Origin: Alphaproteobacteria bacterium
Lineage (GTDB): Bacteria > Pseudomonadota > Alphaproteobacteria > MPNO01 > UBA830
Direction: 5' to 3'
Assembly (NCBI GenBank): GCA_965243135.1
Contig: OZ251539.1
Coordinates: 4,320,001-4,384,000 of the forward strand
Length of the DNA: 64,000 nt
Every line of letters begins with the position of its first letter. The first letter of the stretch is position 1. Shown here one piece after another: positions 1 to 10,296 of this stretch. The notes below the pieces were generated by a model. The model was given only the letters and a program-made list of their open reading frames with translations, did not search any database and had not been told where the DNA came from. The position numbers and the translations under genes are program-made.

Positions 1-217
1 GACCCGCGCGCAAGAGCTCGGCCTGCTGAGCATGCTGCCGGACGACGGCGAAAGAAGCGCCTCGGCGATGGCGACGGCCCTCCGCCACCTGCCGCAACAG
101 ACGCGTCCGTCGGACGTGGTGGTGCCCGGCCTGCTCGACGGACTGCCCAACGTCAACCGCCTCGCGTCCCGGCTCTTCGCCGGCCGGGGACGTCCGCGGG
201 TGGCGATCGCCGAATGA
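1..217 (+). CDS. C-terminal part of a predicted glycosyltransferase (5' truncated by the window edge)
   Basis: Frame runs in from the window edge (RAQELGLLSML...GLLDGLPNV). Its stop overlaps the next ATG (ATGA 214-217). It resembles the C-terminus of COG4671-type glycosyltransferases. Confidence 0.6.
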   Translation, partial: TRAQELGLLSMLPDDGERSASAMATALRHLPQQTRPSDVVVPGLLDGLPNVNRLASRLFAGRGRPRVAIAE

Positions 218-1458
218 CGCGCCCGGAAACCGTCGCCGTCGTGGTCAAGGGGTATCCGCGGCTTTCGGAGACCTTCATCGCCCATGAACTGCGCGGCCTC
301 GAGGAGCGGGGCGCCGCGCTCCGCATCTATTCGCTCCGCCGCCCCGCGGACCGCCGCCTGCATCCCGTGCACCGCGAGATCCGGGCTCCGGTCGCCTACC
401 TGCCGGAGTACCTCCACCGGGAGATCGCGCGCGTCGTTCGCGCATGGCGCTCCGTCCGCCGGCGGCCCGGCTACGCCGCGGCGCGGCGCGCGTGGCTCCG
501 CGACCTGCGGCGCGACCCCACGCCCAACAGGGCGCGGCGTTTCGGGCAAGCGCTGGTCCTGGCGCGCGAGCTGCCGGGCGACGTCCGGCACCTCCACGCC
601 CACTTTCTGCATACGCCGGCCTCGGTCGCGCGCTACGCCGCCCTGCTCGCCGGCCTGCCGTGGAGCGTCTCCGCGCACGCCAAGGACATCTGGACCTCGC
701 CCGAATGGGAGAAGCGGGAAAAGCTCGCCGCCTGCTCCTGGGCGGTCGCCTGTTCGGCCGCCGCCCGCGACCATCTGGCGGCGCTCGCGCCGTCCGACGG
801 CGCGGTGGAACTGGTCTATCACGGCCTCGACCGCCGCCGCTTTCCGCCGCCGCCCGCCCGCCCGCCGCGCGACGGCAGCGGCGAACCGATCCGCATCCTC
901 TGCGTCGGGCGCGCCGTCGAAAAGAAGGGCCACGACGTCCTGCTCGACGCCCTCGCCCGCCTGCCGGACGGGATCGAATGGCAGCTGCATCTCGTCGGCG
1001 GCGGACCTCTGAGCGGAGCGTTGCGCCGCCGCGCCGCCCGCCTGGGCATCGGCGACCGGGTGTTCCGGCACGGCCCGCTGCCGCAGGAGGACGTCATCGC
1101 GCACTACCGCGCCGCCGACCTCTTCGTTCTGGCGAGCCGCATCGGCCGGAACGGCGACCGCGACGGCTTGCCGAACGTTCTGATGGAGGCGCAGAGCCAG
1201 GGACTCGCCTGCATCGCGACGCGGGTCTCGGCCATTCCGGAACTCGTCGAGCACGGCAGGACGGGCCTGCTGGTCGCCGCCGGGAACCCGGACGCGCTCG
1301 CCGCCGCGATCGCGGATCTCGCCGCCGATCCCGACCGCCGCCGGCGCCTGGGCCGCGCCGCCGAGACCGTCGTCCGGAACCGGTTTTCGTTCGACGCCGG
1401 CGTCGACCGCCTGGCCGCAAGGCTGGGCGCGCCGCCTCCCGCCGCGCGCGCCGCGTGA
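214..1458 (+). CDS. Glycosyltransferase family 4 protein
   Basis: KGYPRLSETFI N-terminus, HAHFLH, GRAVEKKG and DGLPNVLMEA GT4 motifs. Confidence 0.92.
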   Translation: MTRPETVAVVVKGYPRLSETFIAHELRGLEERGAALRIYSLRRPADRRLHPVHREIRAPVAYLPEYLHREIARVVRAWRSVRRRPGYAAARRAWLRDLRRDPTPNRARRFGQALVLARELPGDVRHLHAHFLHTPASVARYAALLAGLPWSVSAHAKDIWTSPEWEKREKLAACSWAVACSAAARDHLAALAPSDGAVELVYHGLDRRRFPPPPARPPRDGSGEPIRILCVGRAVEKKGHDVLLDALARLPDGIEWQLHLVGGGPLSGALRRRAARLGIGDRVFRHGPLPQEDVIAHYRAADLFVLASRIGRNGDRDGLPNVLMEAQSQGLACIATRVSAIPELVEHGRTGLLVAAGNPDALAAAIADLAADPDRRRRLGRAAETVVRNRFSFDAGVDRLAARLGAPPPAARAA

Positions 1459-1471
1459 ACCGGCGCCCGTC

Positions 1472-2569
1472 GTGCGGATCGCCTTCTACGCGCCGATGAA
1501 GCCTTTCGATTCGCCCGTTCCGTCGGGCGACAGGCAAATGGCGCGCAACCTCGTCCGCGCCCTCGAAGCCGCCGGGCACGACGTGTTCGTGCCGAGCCGG
1601 TTCGTCAGCCGCGATCCGTCCGGCGACGCCGCGCGCCAGAAGCGAATCGCGGCGCTGGGCGCGAAACTGGCCGACCGGTTAACCCGGCGGTGGCGCGGCG
1701 CCTCCGCCGCGCCGGACGCCTGGTTCACCTACCACGTCTACCACAAGTCGCCGGACTGGCTGGGACCGCGGATTCGGCGGAAGACCGGGATTCCCTACTT
1801 CATCGCCGAAGCCTCGCACGCGCCCAAGCAGTCCGGCGGACGATGGGACGAGGGCTATCGCGGCGCGGAGGCCGCCATTCGGGCGGCCGACGGAATCGTC
1901 GGCCTGTCCTCTCTCGACGCGCATTGCGTGCTGCCGCTGCTCGAAGACGCCGGCCGCTATCACCGCCTCGCCCCCTTCACCGACACGGGACCGTTCCTTG
2001 CGGCGGCGCGCCGCAGGGTCCGGCCGCCGGAAGCTCCGCGGCTGCTCGCCGTCGGCATGATGCGTCGCGGCGACAAGCTCGCGAGCTACCGTCTGCTCGC
2101 CTGCGCCCTGCGCCGCGCGGCCGACCGGCCGTGGTCGCTGACCATCGCCGGAGACGGGCCGGCGCGGAACGACGTGGCGGCCGCGTTCGCGTCTTGCCCG
2201 CGAAGCCGGATACGCTGGACCGGCGCGGTCGCCCCGAACCGCCTGCCGGAGATCTACGCCGCCGCCGACGTCCTGGCGTGGCCGGCGATCAACGAAGCCT
2301 ACGGCATGGCGCTGCTCGAAGCCCAGGCGACCGGACTTCCGGTCGTGGCGGGCCGTTCCGGCGGCGTCCCGGACATCGTGCGCGACGGCGAGACCGGCCT
2401 GCTGACGGAACCCGGCGACGCGGCGGCGTTCGCCGCCGCGTTGCGGACCCTCCTGGCGGATCCGGAAAGGCGGCGGAAGATGGCGCGGGCGGCGCTGCGC
2501 GGAGCCCGGGAACGACACGACCTGAAGGCGGCCGCCGCTCGGCTCGACGGCATCCTGCGCACGGCATGA
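1472..2569 (+). CDS. Glycosyltransferase family 4 protein
   Basis: MRIAFYAPMK..PSGDR N-terminus; EAYGMALLEAQA (E-x7-E) GT4 motif. Confidence 0.9.
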   Translation: MRIAFYAPMKPFDSPVPSGDRQMARNLVRALEAAGHDVFVPSRFVSRDPSGDAARQKRIAALGAKLADRLTRRWRGASAAPDAWFTYHVYHKSPDWLGPRIRRKTGIPYFIAEASHAPKQSGGRWDEGYRGAEAAIRAADGIVGLSSLDAHCVLPLLEDAGRYHRLAPFTDTGPFLAAARRRVRPPEAPRLLAVGMMRRGDKLASYRLLACALRRAADRPWSLTIAGDGPARNDVAAAFASCPRSRIRWTGAVAPNRLPEIYAAADVLAWPAINEAYGMALLEAQATGLPVVAGRSGGVPDIVRDGETGLLTEPGDAAAFAAALRTLLADPERRRKMARAALRGARERHDLKAAAARLDGILRTA

Positions 2570-3156
2570 CGCTCGTCGCCCTCATACGCCACGGACCCAC
2601 CGGATGGAACGAGGAACGGCGCCTGCAGGGCCGCGCCGACAGGCCTCTCTCGGCGGCCGGACGCGCGCGGGTCGCCGGCTGGCGCGTGCCCGGCGAATAC
2701 CGGGACTTCAAATGGGTCTCGAGCCCGCTGAAGCGCGCGCGCCAGACGGCGGAGATCCTGGAACTCCCGATCTCCCGCCTCGAACCCGCGATCGTCGAAA
2801 TGGACTGGGGCGACTGGGAAGGGCGCACCCGCCCGGAACTCGACGAAAAATACGGCGGCGAAGTCGCCGAGCGAACGGCGATGGGACTCGACCTCCGGCC
2901 GCACAACGGAGAGACTCCCCGGGAGGTGCGCGCGCGCGTCGCGGGCTGGATGGAATCCGTCGCGACCGCCGGCCGGCCCGTCGGCGCGGTCTGCCACCAG
3001 GGCATCGTCCGCGCCGCCCTGTCGCTCGCCACCGGCTGGACCATGATCGGAAAGCCGCCGGTGCGGATGGATTGGGACAGCCTCCACCTGTTCCGGGCGA
3101 ACGCCGGCGAAGCCCTCGAAATCGTCGAAATGAACGTCGGGTTGCGCGAGCCGTGA
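2566..3156 (+). CDS. Histidine phosphatase (phosphoglycerate mutase-like) family protein
   Basis: LIRHG, SSPLKRARQT, EMDWGDWEG and VCHQG motifs; ATGA overlap with the upstream gene. Confidence 0.9.
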   Translation: MTLVALIRHGPTGWNEERRLQGRADRPLSAAGRARVAGWRVPGEYRDFKWVSSPLKRARQTAEILELPISRLEPAIVEMDWGDWEGRTRPELDEKYGGEVAERTAMGLDLRPHNGETPREVRARVAGWMESVATAGRPVGAVCHQGIVRAALSLATGWTMIGKPPVRMDWDSLHLFRANAGEALEIVEMNVGLREP

Positions 3157-4292
3157 CGCGCCGGATTTTCTTCTGGGTGCAGCACCTCCTCGGCGTCGGC
3201 CACCTGAAGCGGGCCGCGACGCTGACGCGCGCCTTCCGCCGCGCCGGAATGGACGTGACCCTGGTTTCCGGCGGAGACGAGGTCGCCGGCCTGGATCTCG
3301 CCGGCGCCCGGTTCGTCCAGCTGCCTCCCGTGCGCGCCTCCGGCCGGTCCTTCCGGATCCTGCTCGACCGCGACGGGCGCGAAATCGACAGCGCGTATCG
3401 CGCCGCGCGCCGCGACCTGCTGATGCGCGCCTGGCGCGACTGCTCGCCGCACGCGATCGTGACGGAACTGTTCCCGTTCGGCCGCCGCCAGTTGCGGCAC
3501 GAGCTGCTGCCGCTGCTCGAAGCGGCGAGGGCGGAACTCGACCGCCCCCTGATCGTGTCGTCGGTTCGCGACATCCTCGTCGAGCCTCCCCGGCCGGAGC
3601 GCGCCGCGGAAATGCTGGAGCGCGCGAAAACGCTGTACGACCGGGTGCTGGTTCACGGCGACCCCGCCCTCGTCGCCTTCGACCGGACCTTCGCGCACGC
3701 CTCGCGAATCGCCGACCGCATCTTCCATACCGGCTACGTCGTCGACCCTCCCGCGCCCTCGCCGGGAGGGCCGGGCGAAGGCGAAGTCGTCGTTTCGGCG
3801 GGCGGCGGCGCCGTAGGCGAAACGCTGTTCCGCGCCGCGGTCGCGGCGCGGCCGCGGACCCGCCTCGCCGGCCGGACATGGCGGATTTTGGCGGGGCCGG
3901 GGCTGGCCGACGACAGGTTTTCGGCGCTCGCCGGCGAGGCCCCGGACGGCGTGGTCGTCGAGCGGTCGCGCGCGGATTTCGGAACGCTGATCGCCAACTG
4001 CGCGCTGTCGATCAGCCAGGGCGGATACAACACGGTGATGGAGCTCCTCGCGGCGGGAACGCGCAGCGTGATCGTTCCCTACGCCGGCGGCCTGGAAACC
4101 GAGCAGACCCTGCGGTCCCGGCTCCTGGAGAACCGGAACGGCATCCGCGCGATCGCGGAGGACGGCCTCGACGCCGCCGGCCTCGCGGCCGCGGTCGACG
4201 CCGCTCTCGACGCGCCGCCGCCGGACGCGGCGGGGATCGACATGAACGGGGCCGAGGCCAGCGCCCGCCTGATCGGCGAGTGGCTGTCGTGA
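3153..4292 (+). CDS. Predicted glycosyltransferase (GT28 C-terminal/COG4671-like)
   Basis: VQHLLGVGHL, ELFPFGRR, VSAGGGAVG, SQGGYNT and ETEQTLR motifs; GTGA overlap. Confidence 0.85.
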   Translation: MTRRIFFWVQHLLGVGHLKRAATLTRAFRRAGMDVTLVSGGDEVAGLDLAGARFVQLPPVRASGRSFRILLDRDGREIDSAYRAARRDLLMRAWRDCSPHAIVTELFPFGRRQLRHELLPLLEAARAELDRPLIVSSVRDILVEPPRPERAAEMLERAKTLYDRVLVHGDPALVAFDRTFAHASRIADRIFHTGYVVDPPAPSPGGPGEGEVVVSAGGGAVGETLFRAAVAARPRTRLAGRTWRILAGPGLADDRFSALAGEAPDGVVVERSRADFGTLIANCALSISQGGYNTVMELLAAGTRSVIVPYAGGLETEQTLRSRLLENRNGIRAIAEDGLDAAGLAAAVDAALDAPPPDAAGIDMNGAEASARLIGEWLS

Positions 4293-5047
4293 GCTGGCGG
4301 GCGCTGAACGCCGAACTCGACGCCTGGTCGGCGGCCGGAGCCGCGGCCGAGTTCTGGTGGCGCGACGACGACGCCGCCGACGCCGGTCCCGCGCTGCGCC
4401 GCCTTCTCGCGTTGCGGCGAAAGGCGGACGTGCCGCTCGCCCTCGCAGCGATACCGCGCGCCGTCACGCCCGCGCTCGTCCGGGCGTTGGAGCGGGAAGC
4501 CGAGGTCGCCCTCCTGCAGCACGGCTGGGCGCATGCCGACCGCGCCCCCGCGGGCGCGAAGAAGGCCGAATTCGGGGAAGGCCGCGACCTGCTGGAAGCC
4601 GTCCGCGAAATCGCCGAAGGCCGGTCCCGCCTTCGGCGCCTGTTCGGGAAACGGCCCGAGGCGCTGGTCCCCCCCTGGAACCGCATCGGCGGCTCCGTCG
4701 CCGCGCTGCTGCCCGGTCTCGGGATTTTCGGCATCAGCGGGTTCGGCCCCCGCCGGGAGCCGGCTTCTCCGGCCCTGACCGCGGTGAACGCCCATATCGA
4801 CATAATCGACTGGAAGGGAACGCACGGCTTCGCGGGAGAGGAGGCGGCGATTTCCGCCGCCGTGGCCCATCTCGCCGACCGGCGGCGGGGAGCCGCGGAC
4901 CCGGCGGAGCCCACCGGCTTGCTGACCCACCATCTGGTTCACGACGAGGATTCGTGGAATTTCCTCGCCCGGTTCCTGAGCGAAACGGCGGCGCATCCGG
5001 CGGTTCGCTGGCGCCGGGCCGGCGAACTCTTCGAACTCCGCGCGTGA
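4289..5047 (+). CDS. Polysaccharide deacetylase-like protein
   Basis: WWRDDDA, LQHGWAH, VPPWNRI and GLLTHHL motifs of the NodB-like fold; GTGA overlap. Confidence 0.8.
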   Translation: MSWRALNAELDAWSAAGAAAEFWWRDDDAADAGPALRRLLALRRKADVPLALAAIPRAVTPALVRALEREAEVALLQHGWAHADRAPAGAKKAEFGEGRDLLEAVREIAEGRSRLRRLFGKRPEALVPPWNRIGGSVAALLPGLGIFGISGFGPRREPASPALTAVNAHIDIIDWKGTHGFAGEEAAISAAVAHLADRRRGAADPAEPTGLLTHHLVHDEDSWNFLARFLSETAAHPAVRWRRAGELFELRA

Positions 5048-5517
5048 GCGTCCACCGGCACGGCCTGCGGTCGCTCGCGGCGGACTACGCCCGCTGCGGC
5101 GCGGGCCTGGCCGCGACGGTCGCGCCGCTGATCGCCGTGCCGCTGCTGCCCGCTCTCGCCTGGGCGTTCGCGGCGGCCGCCGTGCTCTTCGCGCTGCACG
5201 GAACGAGGACGGCCCTGCGCCACCTCAGCGTCGTCGAGTGCGGCGAGGAAGGCATCCGCCTGCGCGGGCCGATCCCGAAATCGATCCGGTGGTCGGAGCT
5301 GCGCGGCTTTCGCCTGCGCTATTTCAGCGCCCGCCGCGACCGCGAGCGCGGCTGGATGCAACTCGTCCTCGAGGGTTCGAAGTCGACGCTGCGCGTCGAA
5401 TCGACTCTGGCGGGCTTTGGGGATATCGTCGCGCGCGCGGCCGAAGCGGCGGCAGCCGCCGGCCTCGACCTTTCGCCGGCGACGCTCGGCAACCTCGAGC
5501 GGTTGCGGCGCGACTGA
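5044..5517 (+). CDS. Hypothetical membrane protein
   Basis: GTGA overlap, two hydrophobic segments followed by LRYFS...GWMQL; sits inside the operon. Confidence 0.7.
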   Translation: MSVHRHGLRSLAADYARCGAGLAATVAPLIAVPLLPALAWAFAAAAVLFALHGTRTALRHLSVVECGEEGIRLRGPIPKSIRWSELRGFRLRYFSARRDRERGWMQLVLEGSKSTLRVESTLAGFGDIVARAAEAAAAAGLDLSPATLGNLERLRRD

Positions 5518-5529
5518 GAGCGGATCTCC

Positions 5530-7398
5530 ATGCCGGATCTCCTGAACGTGAGCGGCCTCGAGGTCGAATTCCGCGTCGCCGAGGGGACGATTCGCGCCGT
5601 TGACGGCGTCGACTTCAGAGTCCCGGCCGGCAGGACCGTCGCGCTGGTCGGCGAATCGGGGTCCGGCAAATCCGTCGTCTCCCAGGCGATCACGGGCATC
5701 CTGCCGAAGAGCGCGCGCGCAACGGGAGGCGAAATCGTATTCCGCGACCCGCGAGGCGGAGCCCCGGTCGACCTCCTCCGGCTCGACGAGCCCGCGATGC
5801 GCCGCATCCGGGGGGGGCGCATTTCGATAATCTTCCAGGAGCCGATGACCTCGCTGTCGCCGTTGCACACCGTCGGCGACCAGGTTTCCGAAGCGCTGTT
5901 CATCCACCGCGACCTCTCCCGGGCCGAGGGGCTGAAGGCGACGGCGGAAATGCTGCGCCTCGTCGGTTTCCCCGATCCCCGAAAGGCGCTCGACACCTAT
6001 CCGTTCGAGCTTTCGGGCGGGCTCCGCCAGCGCGCGATGATCGCGATGGCGCTGGTCTGCCGGCCGGCGCTGCTGATCGCCGACGAGCCGACGACGGCGC
6101 TCGACGTGACGATCCAGGCGCAGATCCTCAAGCTGATCGGCGACCTTCGGGAAGAGCTTCGCATGGCCGTGCTCATGATCACGCACGATCTCGGAGTCGT
6201 GGCGAACGTCGCCGACGAGATCGTGGTCATGTATCGCGGCCGCGTGCTGGAGCGCGGCGCTCTGGAGGACATCTTCGAGGACCCGCGGCACGACTACCTC
6301 AAGGCGCTGCTGCGCGCCGTGCCGCGCTTCCACATGAAGCCGGGCGAACGCCTGACGCCGCTGCGCGAGATCGCGCACCGCACCGGCCATCTGCTGGCGA
6401 GGCGCGACGACGCGCCGGTCGCGCCGGAAGGGCCGCTTCTGGAGGTCAGGGGGCTGACGAAGACCTACCGCCTGCGCAAGGGCGGCCTTTTCGAGGGCGG
6501 CGAGACGCTGAACGTGACGGCGGTCGACGACGTCGGCTTCGCCGTCGGCCAGGGAGAATGCCTCGGCCTCGTCGGCGAGTCGGGATGCGGCAAGACCACG
6601 CTGTCGAAGATGATCATGTGCGCGCTGCGGCCCGACTCGGGCGAAGTGATCTTCGACGACGGAGCCTCGAAGATCGACCTGACGCGGCTCGGCGAGCGCG
6701 AGCTTCTGCCTTATCGCCGCAGAATCCAGTTCGTCTTCCAGGATCCGTTCTCGTCGCTCAACCCCCGCATGACGGTGTTCGACATCGTTTCGGAGCCGCT
6801 GGTCATCCACGATATCGGCGATCGCGCCTACCGCGCCGAGATGGTCCAGGAACTGATGGCGCTGGTCGGCCTCGATCCGCGTTTCCTGAACCGCTATCCG
6901 CATTCCTTTTCGGGCGGCCAGAGGCAGCGCATCGGCATCGCCCGCGCTCTCGCCCTCAAGCCCGAACTTCTTCTGTGCGACGAGCCGGTGTCGGCGCTCG
7001 ACGTCTCGGTGCAGGCGCAGATCCTGAACCTCCTGAAGGATCTGCAGCAGGAGCTGGGACTGACCTATCTGTTCGTCTCGCACAATCTCGCGGTCGTCGA
7101 CTACGTTTCCGACCGCATCGCGGTGATGTGCGCCGGCCGGATCGTCGAGACCGCGCCTCGCGAAGTCCTCTTCCGGAGGCCGGTCCACCCCTACACCAGG
7201 GCCTTGCTGTCGGCCGTTCCCGAGCCGGATCCCCGCTACCGGCTGGATCTCGAAGCGCTGATGGAAGGCCGGGCTTCCGTTCCCGCCGAGTGGCCGGCGC
7301 CCTTCGGCGGCGATCTGCCGCTTTCCATGATCGATCTCGGCGGCGGCCACAGCGTGCGCGCCAGCGAAAACGCCGACGTTCGGGAATTGGCGCCGTGA
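5530..7398 (+). CDS. Dipeptide/oligopeptide-type ABC transporter ATP-binding protein (two fused ATPase domains)
   Basis: Two Walker A motifs ([16 protein letters not shown]), LSGG/FSGG signatures, DEP Walker B, HPYT. Confidence 0.95.
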   Translation: MPDLLNVSGLEVEFRVAEGTIRAVDGVDFRVPAGRTVALVGESGSGKSVVSQAITGILPKSARATGGEIVFRDPRGGAPVDLLRLDEPAMRRIRGGRISIIFQEPMTSLSPLHTVGDQVSEALFIHRDLSRAEGLKATAEMLRLVGFPDPRKALDTYPFELSGGLRQRAMIAMALVCRPALLIADEPTTALDVTIQAQILKLIGDLREELRMAVLMITHDLGVVANVADEIVVMYRGRVLERGALEDIFEDPRHDYLKALLRAVPRFHMKPGERLTPLREIAHRTGHLLARRDDAPVAPEGPLLEVRGLTKTYRLRKGGLFEGGETLNVTAVDDVGFAVGQGECLGLVGESGCGKTTLSKMIMCALRPDSGEVIFDDGASKIDLTRLGERELLPYRRRIQFVFQDPFSSLNPRMTVFDIVSEPLVIHDIGDRAYRAEMVQELMALVGLDPRFLNRYPHSFSGGQRQRIGIARALALKPELLLCDEPVSALDVSVQAQILNLLKDLQQELGLTYLFVSHNLAVVDYVSDRIAVMCAGRIVETAPREVLFRRPVHPYTRALLSAVPEPDPRYRLDLEALMEGRASVPAEWPAPFGGDLPLSMIDLGGGHSVRASENADVRELAP

Positions 7399-9290
7399 AA
7401 CGGCCGTTCGCGTGCCTCGCGGCGGCCGGCCTCGCCGCGCAAGCCGCCGCCGCGGGCGAACCGCCCCTGCTCGAAGCGCGCGTGGCGAAGGGCGAACTGC
7501 CGCCCCTCGCCGCCCGCCTCCCGGAATCGCCGCGGATCGTCGCGACGACGGCGCCGGGCATCCACGGCGGCGCTCTCCGCATGATCTTCGGACGCTCCAA
7601 GGACACGCGCATCCTCGTGGTCTACGGCTACGCCCGCCTCGTGACTTACGACCGTCGGTTCCGCATCCGGCCCGACATTCTCCAGGACGTGGAGGTCGAG
7701 GACGGGCGAAGGTTCACCTTCCGCCTTCGCAAGGGCCACCGCTGGTCCGACGGCCATCCGTTCACCGCGGAGGACTTCCGCTATTGGTGGGAGGACGTCG
7801 CCAACAACCCGTCGCTGGCGCCGCTGGGACCGCCGCAGTTGATGAAGGTCGACGGAAAGCCGCCGGTCTTCGAGATCGTCGACGAACACGCGGTCCGATA
7901 CACCTGGAACGCGCCCAACCCCCATTTCCTTCCGGCGCTCGCCGCCGCGACCCCGCTCTACGTCTATCGCCCCGCACACTACCTGCGGCGCTTCCATGCC
8001 GCCTACGCCCGGCCCGGCGACCTGGCCGCGATGGTCGAGAAATCCGGGCGCAGGAACTGGGCCGAACTGCACAACCGGAAGGACAACCAGTACAAGAACG
8101 ACAATCCGAATCTGCCGACGCTGCAGCCGTGGGCGCTTCGCACGAAGCCGCCCGCCCAGCAGTTCCTGTTCCTCCGCAATCCCTACTTCCACCGCGTCGA
8201 CCGGAACGGACTCCAGCTGCCCTACGCCGACCGGGTGATCATGAAGGTGGCGTCGCCCGGCGTGATACCGCTCAAGACGGGCGCCGGCGAATCCGACCTC
8301 CAGTCGCGCGGCATCGCCTTCAGCAACTACACGTTCCTCAAGGAAGCCGAGAAACGCGAGAACTTCGAGGTCCGGCTCTGGCGGACGGCGAAAGGCGCGC
8401 ATCTCGCCCTGTTCCCCAACCTCAACGTCAACGACCCGGCGTGGCGCAGGCTCGTGCGCGACGCGGATTTCAGGCGGGCGCTGTCGATGGCGATAGACCG
8501 GCACGAAATCAACCAGGTCATCTATTACGGCCTCGCCGTCGAGGGCCAGAATACGGTGCTGCCGGACAGCCCGCTGCACAGGCCGGAATACCGGGAGGCG
8601 TGGGCGGCGTTCGATCTGGAGGCGGCCAACCGGCTGCTCGACCGCCTGGGACTCGACCGGCGGGATTCGCGGGGCGTCCGGCTGCTGCCCGACGGGCGGC
8701 CGATGGAAGTGATCGTGGAAACCGCCGGCGAAGACACGGAGCAGGCCGACGTTCTCGAGCTGATTCACGATTCGTGGCTCAAGGCCGGAATAAAGCTGTT
8801 CACCCGCCCGTCCCAGCGAGAAGTGTTCCGGAACCGGATCTTCGCCGGCGAAACGCTGGTTTCCATCTGGTCCGGTTACGAGAACGGGCTCCCGAACGCG
8901 GACACGCTTCCGGACGAGCTGGCGCCGACGAGCCAGGTTCATCTGCAATGGCCGAAATGGGGCCAGCACCATCAGTCCGGCGGACGGGCCGGCGAGAAGC
9001 CCGACGACCCGGCGGCGGTCGAGTTGCTCCGCCTGAACCGGGAATGGGCTTTCGCCGGCACGCGCGCCCGGCGCGAGGAGATCTGGCGCCGCATGCTCGA
9101 GATCCACGCGGACCAAGTTTTCGCCATCGGCCTCGTCGCCGCCGTGCCGCAGCCGGTGGTCGTGAACCGGCATCTGCGCAACGTGCCCGCCCGCGGCGTC
9201 TACAACTGGAATCCCGGCGCCCAGTTCGGCGTCTACATGCCGGACACCTTCTGGTTCGCCGACGCCGCCCGACGGCGCGCGCAGTGGTGA
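7395..9290 (+). CDS. ABC transporter substrate-binding protein (family 5)
   Basis: Signal peptide after GTG, GELPPLAARLP, LRKGHRWSDGHPFTAED, RNPYF, FRRALSMAIDR. Confidence 0.92.
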   Translation: MKRPFACLAAAGLAAQAAAAGEPPLLEARVAKGELPPLAARLPESPRIVATTAPGIHGGALRMIFGRSKDTRILVVYGYARLVTYDRRFRIRPDILQDVEVEDGRRFTFRLRKGHRWSDGHPFTAEDFRYWWEDVANNPSLAPLGPPQLMKVDGKPPVFEIVDEHAVRYTWNAPNPHFLPALAAATPLYVYRPAHYLRRFHAAYARPGDLAAMVEKSGRRNWAELHNRKDNQYKNDNPNLPTLQPWALRTKPPAQQFLFLRNPYFHRVDRNGLQLPYADRVIMKVASPGVIPLKTGAGESDLQSRGIAFSNYTFLKEAEKRENFEVRLWRTAKGAHLALFPNLNVNDPAWRRLVRDADFRRALSMAIDRHEINQVIYYGLAVEGQNTVLPDSPLHRPEYREAWAAFDLEAANRLLDRLGLDRRDSRGVRLLPDGRPMEVIVETAGEDTEQADVLELIHDSWLKAGIKLFTRPSQREVFRNRIFAGETLVSIWSGYENGLPNADTLPDELAPTSQVHLQWPKWGQHHQSGGRAGEKPDDPAAVELLRLNREWAFAGTRARREEIWRRMLEIHADQVFAIGLVAAVPQPVVVNRHLRNVPARGVYNWNPGAQFGVYMPDTFWFADAARRRAQW

Positions 9291-9297
9291 GCGAACC

Positions 9298-10296
9298 GTG
9301 CTGAAGTACCTTGTTCAGCGCCTTCTGGTGATGATTCCGACGATGCTCGCGATCAGCCTGATCGTCTTCGTCATCATCCAGTTGCCCCCCGGCGATTATC
9401 TGAGCAGCTACATCAACGAGCTGCAGAGCCAGGGCGAGGCGGTCGACGAGGCCAAGATCGCCTTCCTTCGCGCGCAATACGGACTCGACCTCCCCTGGTG
9501 GCGGCAATACCTGGTCTGGCTGGGCGGAATGCTGCAGGGGGATTTCGGGTTTTCCTTCGAGCACAACCAGCCGGTGACCGAGGTCGTCGGCGACCGGTTG
9601 TGGCTGAGCTTCCTCGTATCGTTCAGCACCATCCTGTTCACGTGGGCCGTCGCCTTCCCGATCGGCGTCTACTCGGCGACGCACCAGTACAGCTGGGGCG
9701 ATTACGGCCTGTCCTTCGTGGGCTTTCTCGGTCTCGCCACGCCGAATTTCCTGCTCGCCCTGGTGTTGCTCTACGCCGCCAACCGCTGGTTCGGCACTTC
9801 GGTGGGCGGGCTGATGGACGACCAGTTCATCGGGCAGCCGTGGAACTGGCCCAAGCTCCTCTCCGTCCTGGAGCACCTCTGGGTGCCCGTCGTCGTCATC
9901 GGCACGTCGGGCACGGCCGGCATGATCCGGCGGCTGCGGGCCAACCTGCTCGACGAATTGCAGCGCCAGTACGTCACGACCGGACGCGCCAAGGGCCTGC
10001 GCTCCGGGCGCCTGCTGGTCAAGTATCCGCTGAGAATGGCGCTCAATCCCTTCATCGCCGATATCGGCAACCTGCTGCCGCAGGTGATTTCCGGCGCGGT
10101 GATCGTTTCGGTCGTGCTCTCGCTGCCGACGACCGGACCGATGCTGCTTCGCGCGCTGCAAAGCCAGGATATGTATCTCGCGGGATCGTTCCTGATGTTC
10201 CTTTCGCTCCTGACCGTGGCGGGAGTGTTCGTGTCCGACGTGCTGCTCGCCCTTCTCGATCCGCGGATCCGCCTCGGCGGAGGAACCACGCGATGA
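9298..10296 (+). CDS. ABC transporter permease (DppB/OppB-like)
   Basis: LPPGD, YGLD, YVTTGRAKGL EAA-loop, LDPRIR C-terminus. Confidence 0.95.
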   Translation: MLKYLVQRLLVMIPTMLAISLIVFVIIQLPPGDYLSSYINELQSQGEAVDEAKIAFLRAQYGLDLPWWRQYLVWLGGMLQGDFGFSFEHNQPVTEVVGDRLWLSFLVSFSTILFTWAVAFPIGVYSATHQYSWGDYGLSFVGFLGLATPNFLLALVLLYAANRWFGTSVGGLMDDQFIGQPWNWPKLLSVLEHLWVPVVVIGTSGTAGMIRRLRANLLDELQRQYVTTGRAKGLRSGRLLVKYPLRMALNPFIADIGNLLPQVISGAVIVSVVLSLPTTGPMLLRALQSQDMYLAGSFLMFLSLLTVAGVFVSDVLLALLDPRIRLGGGTTR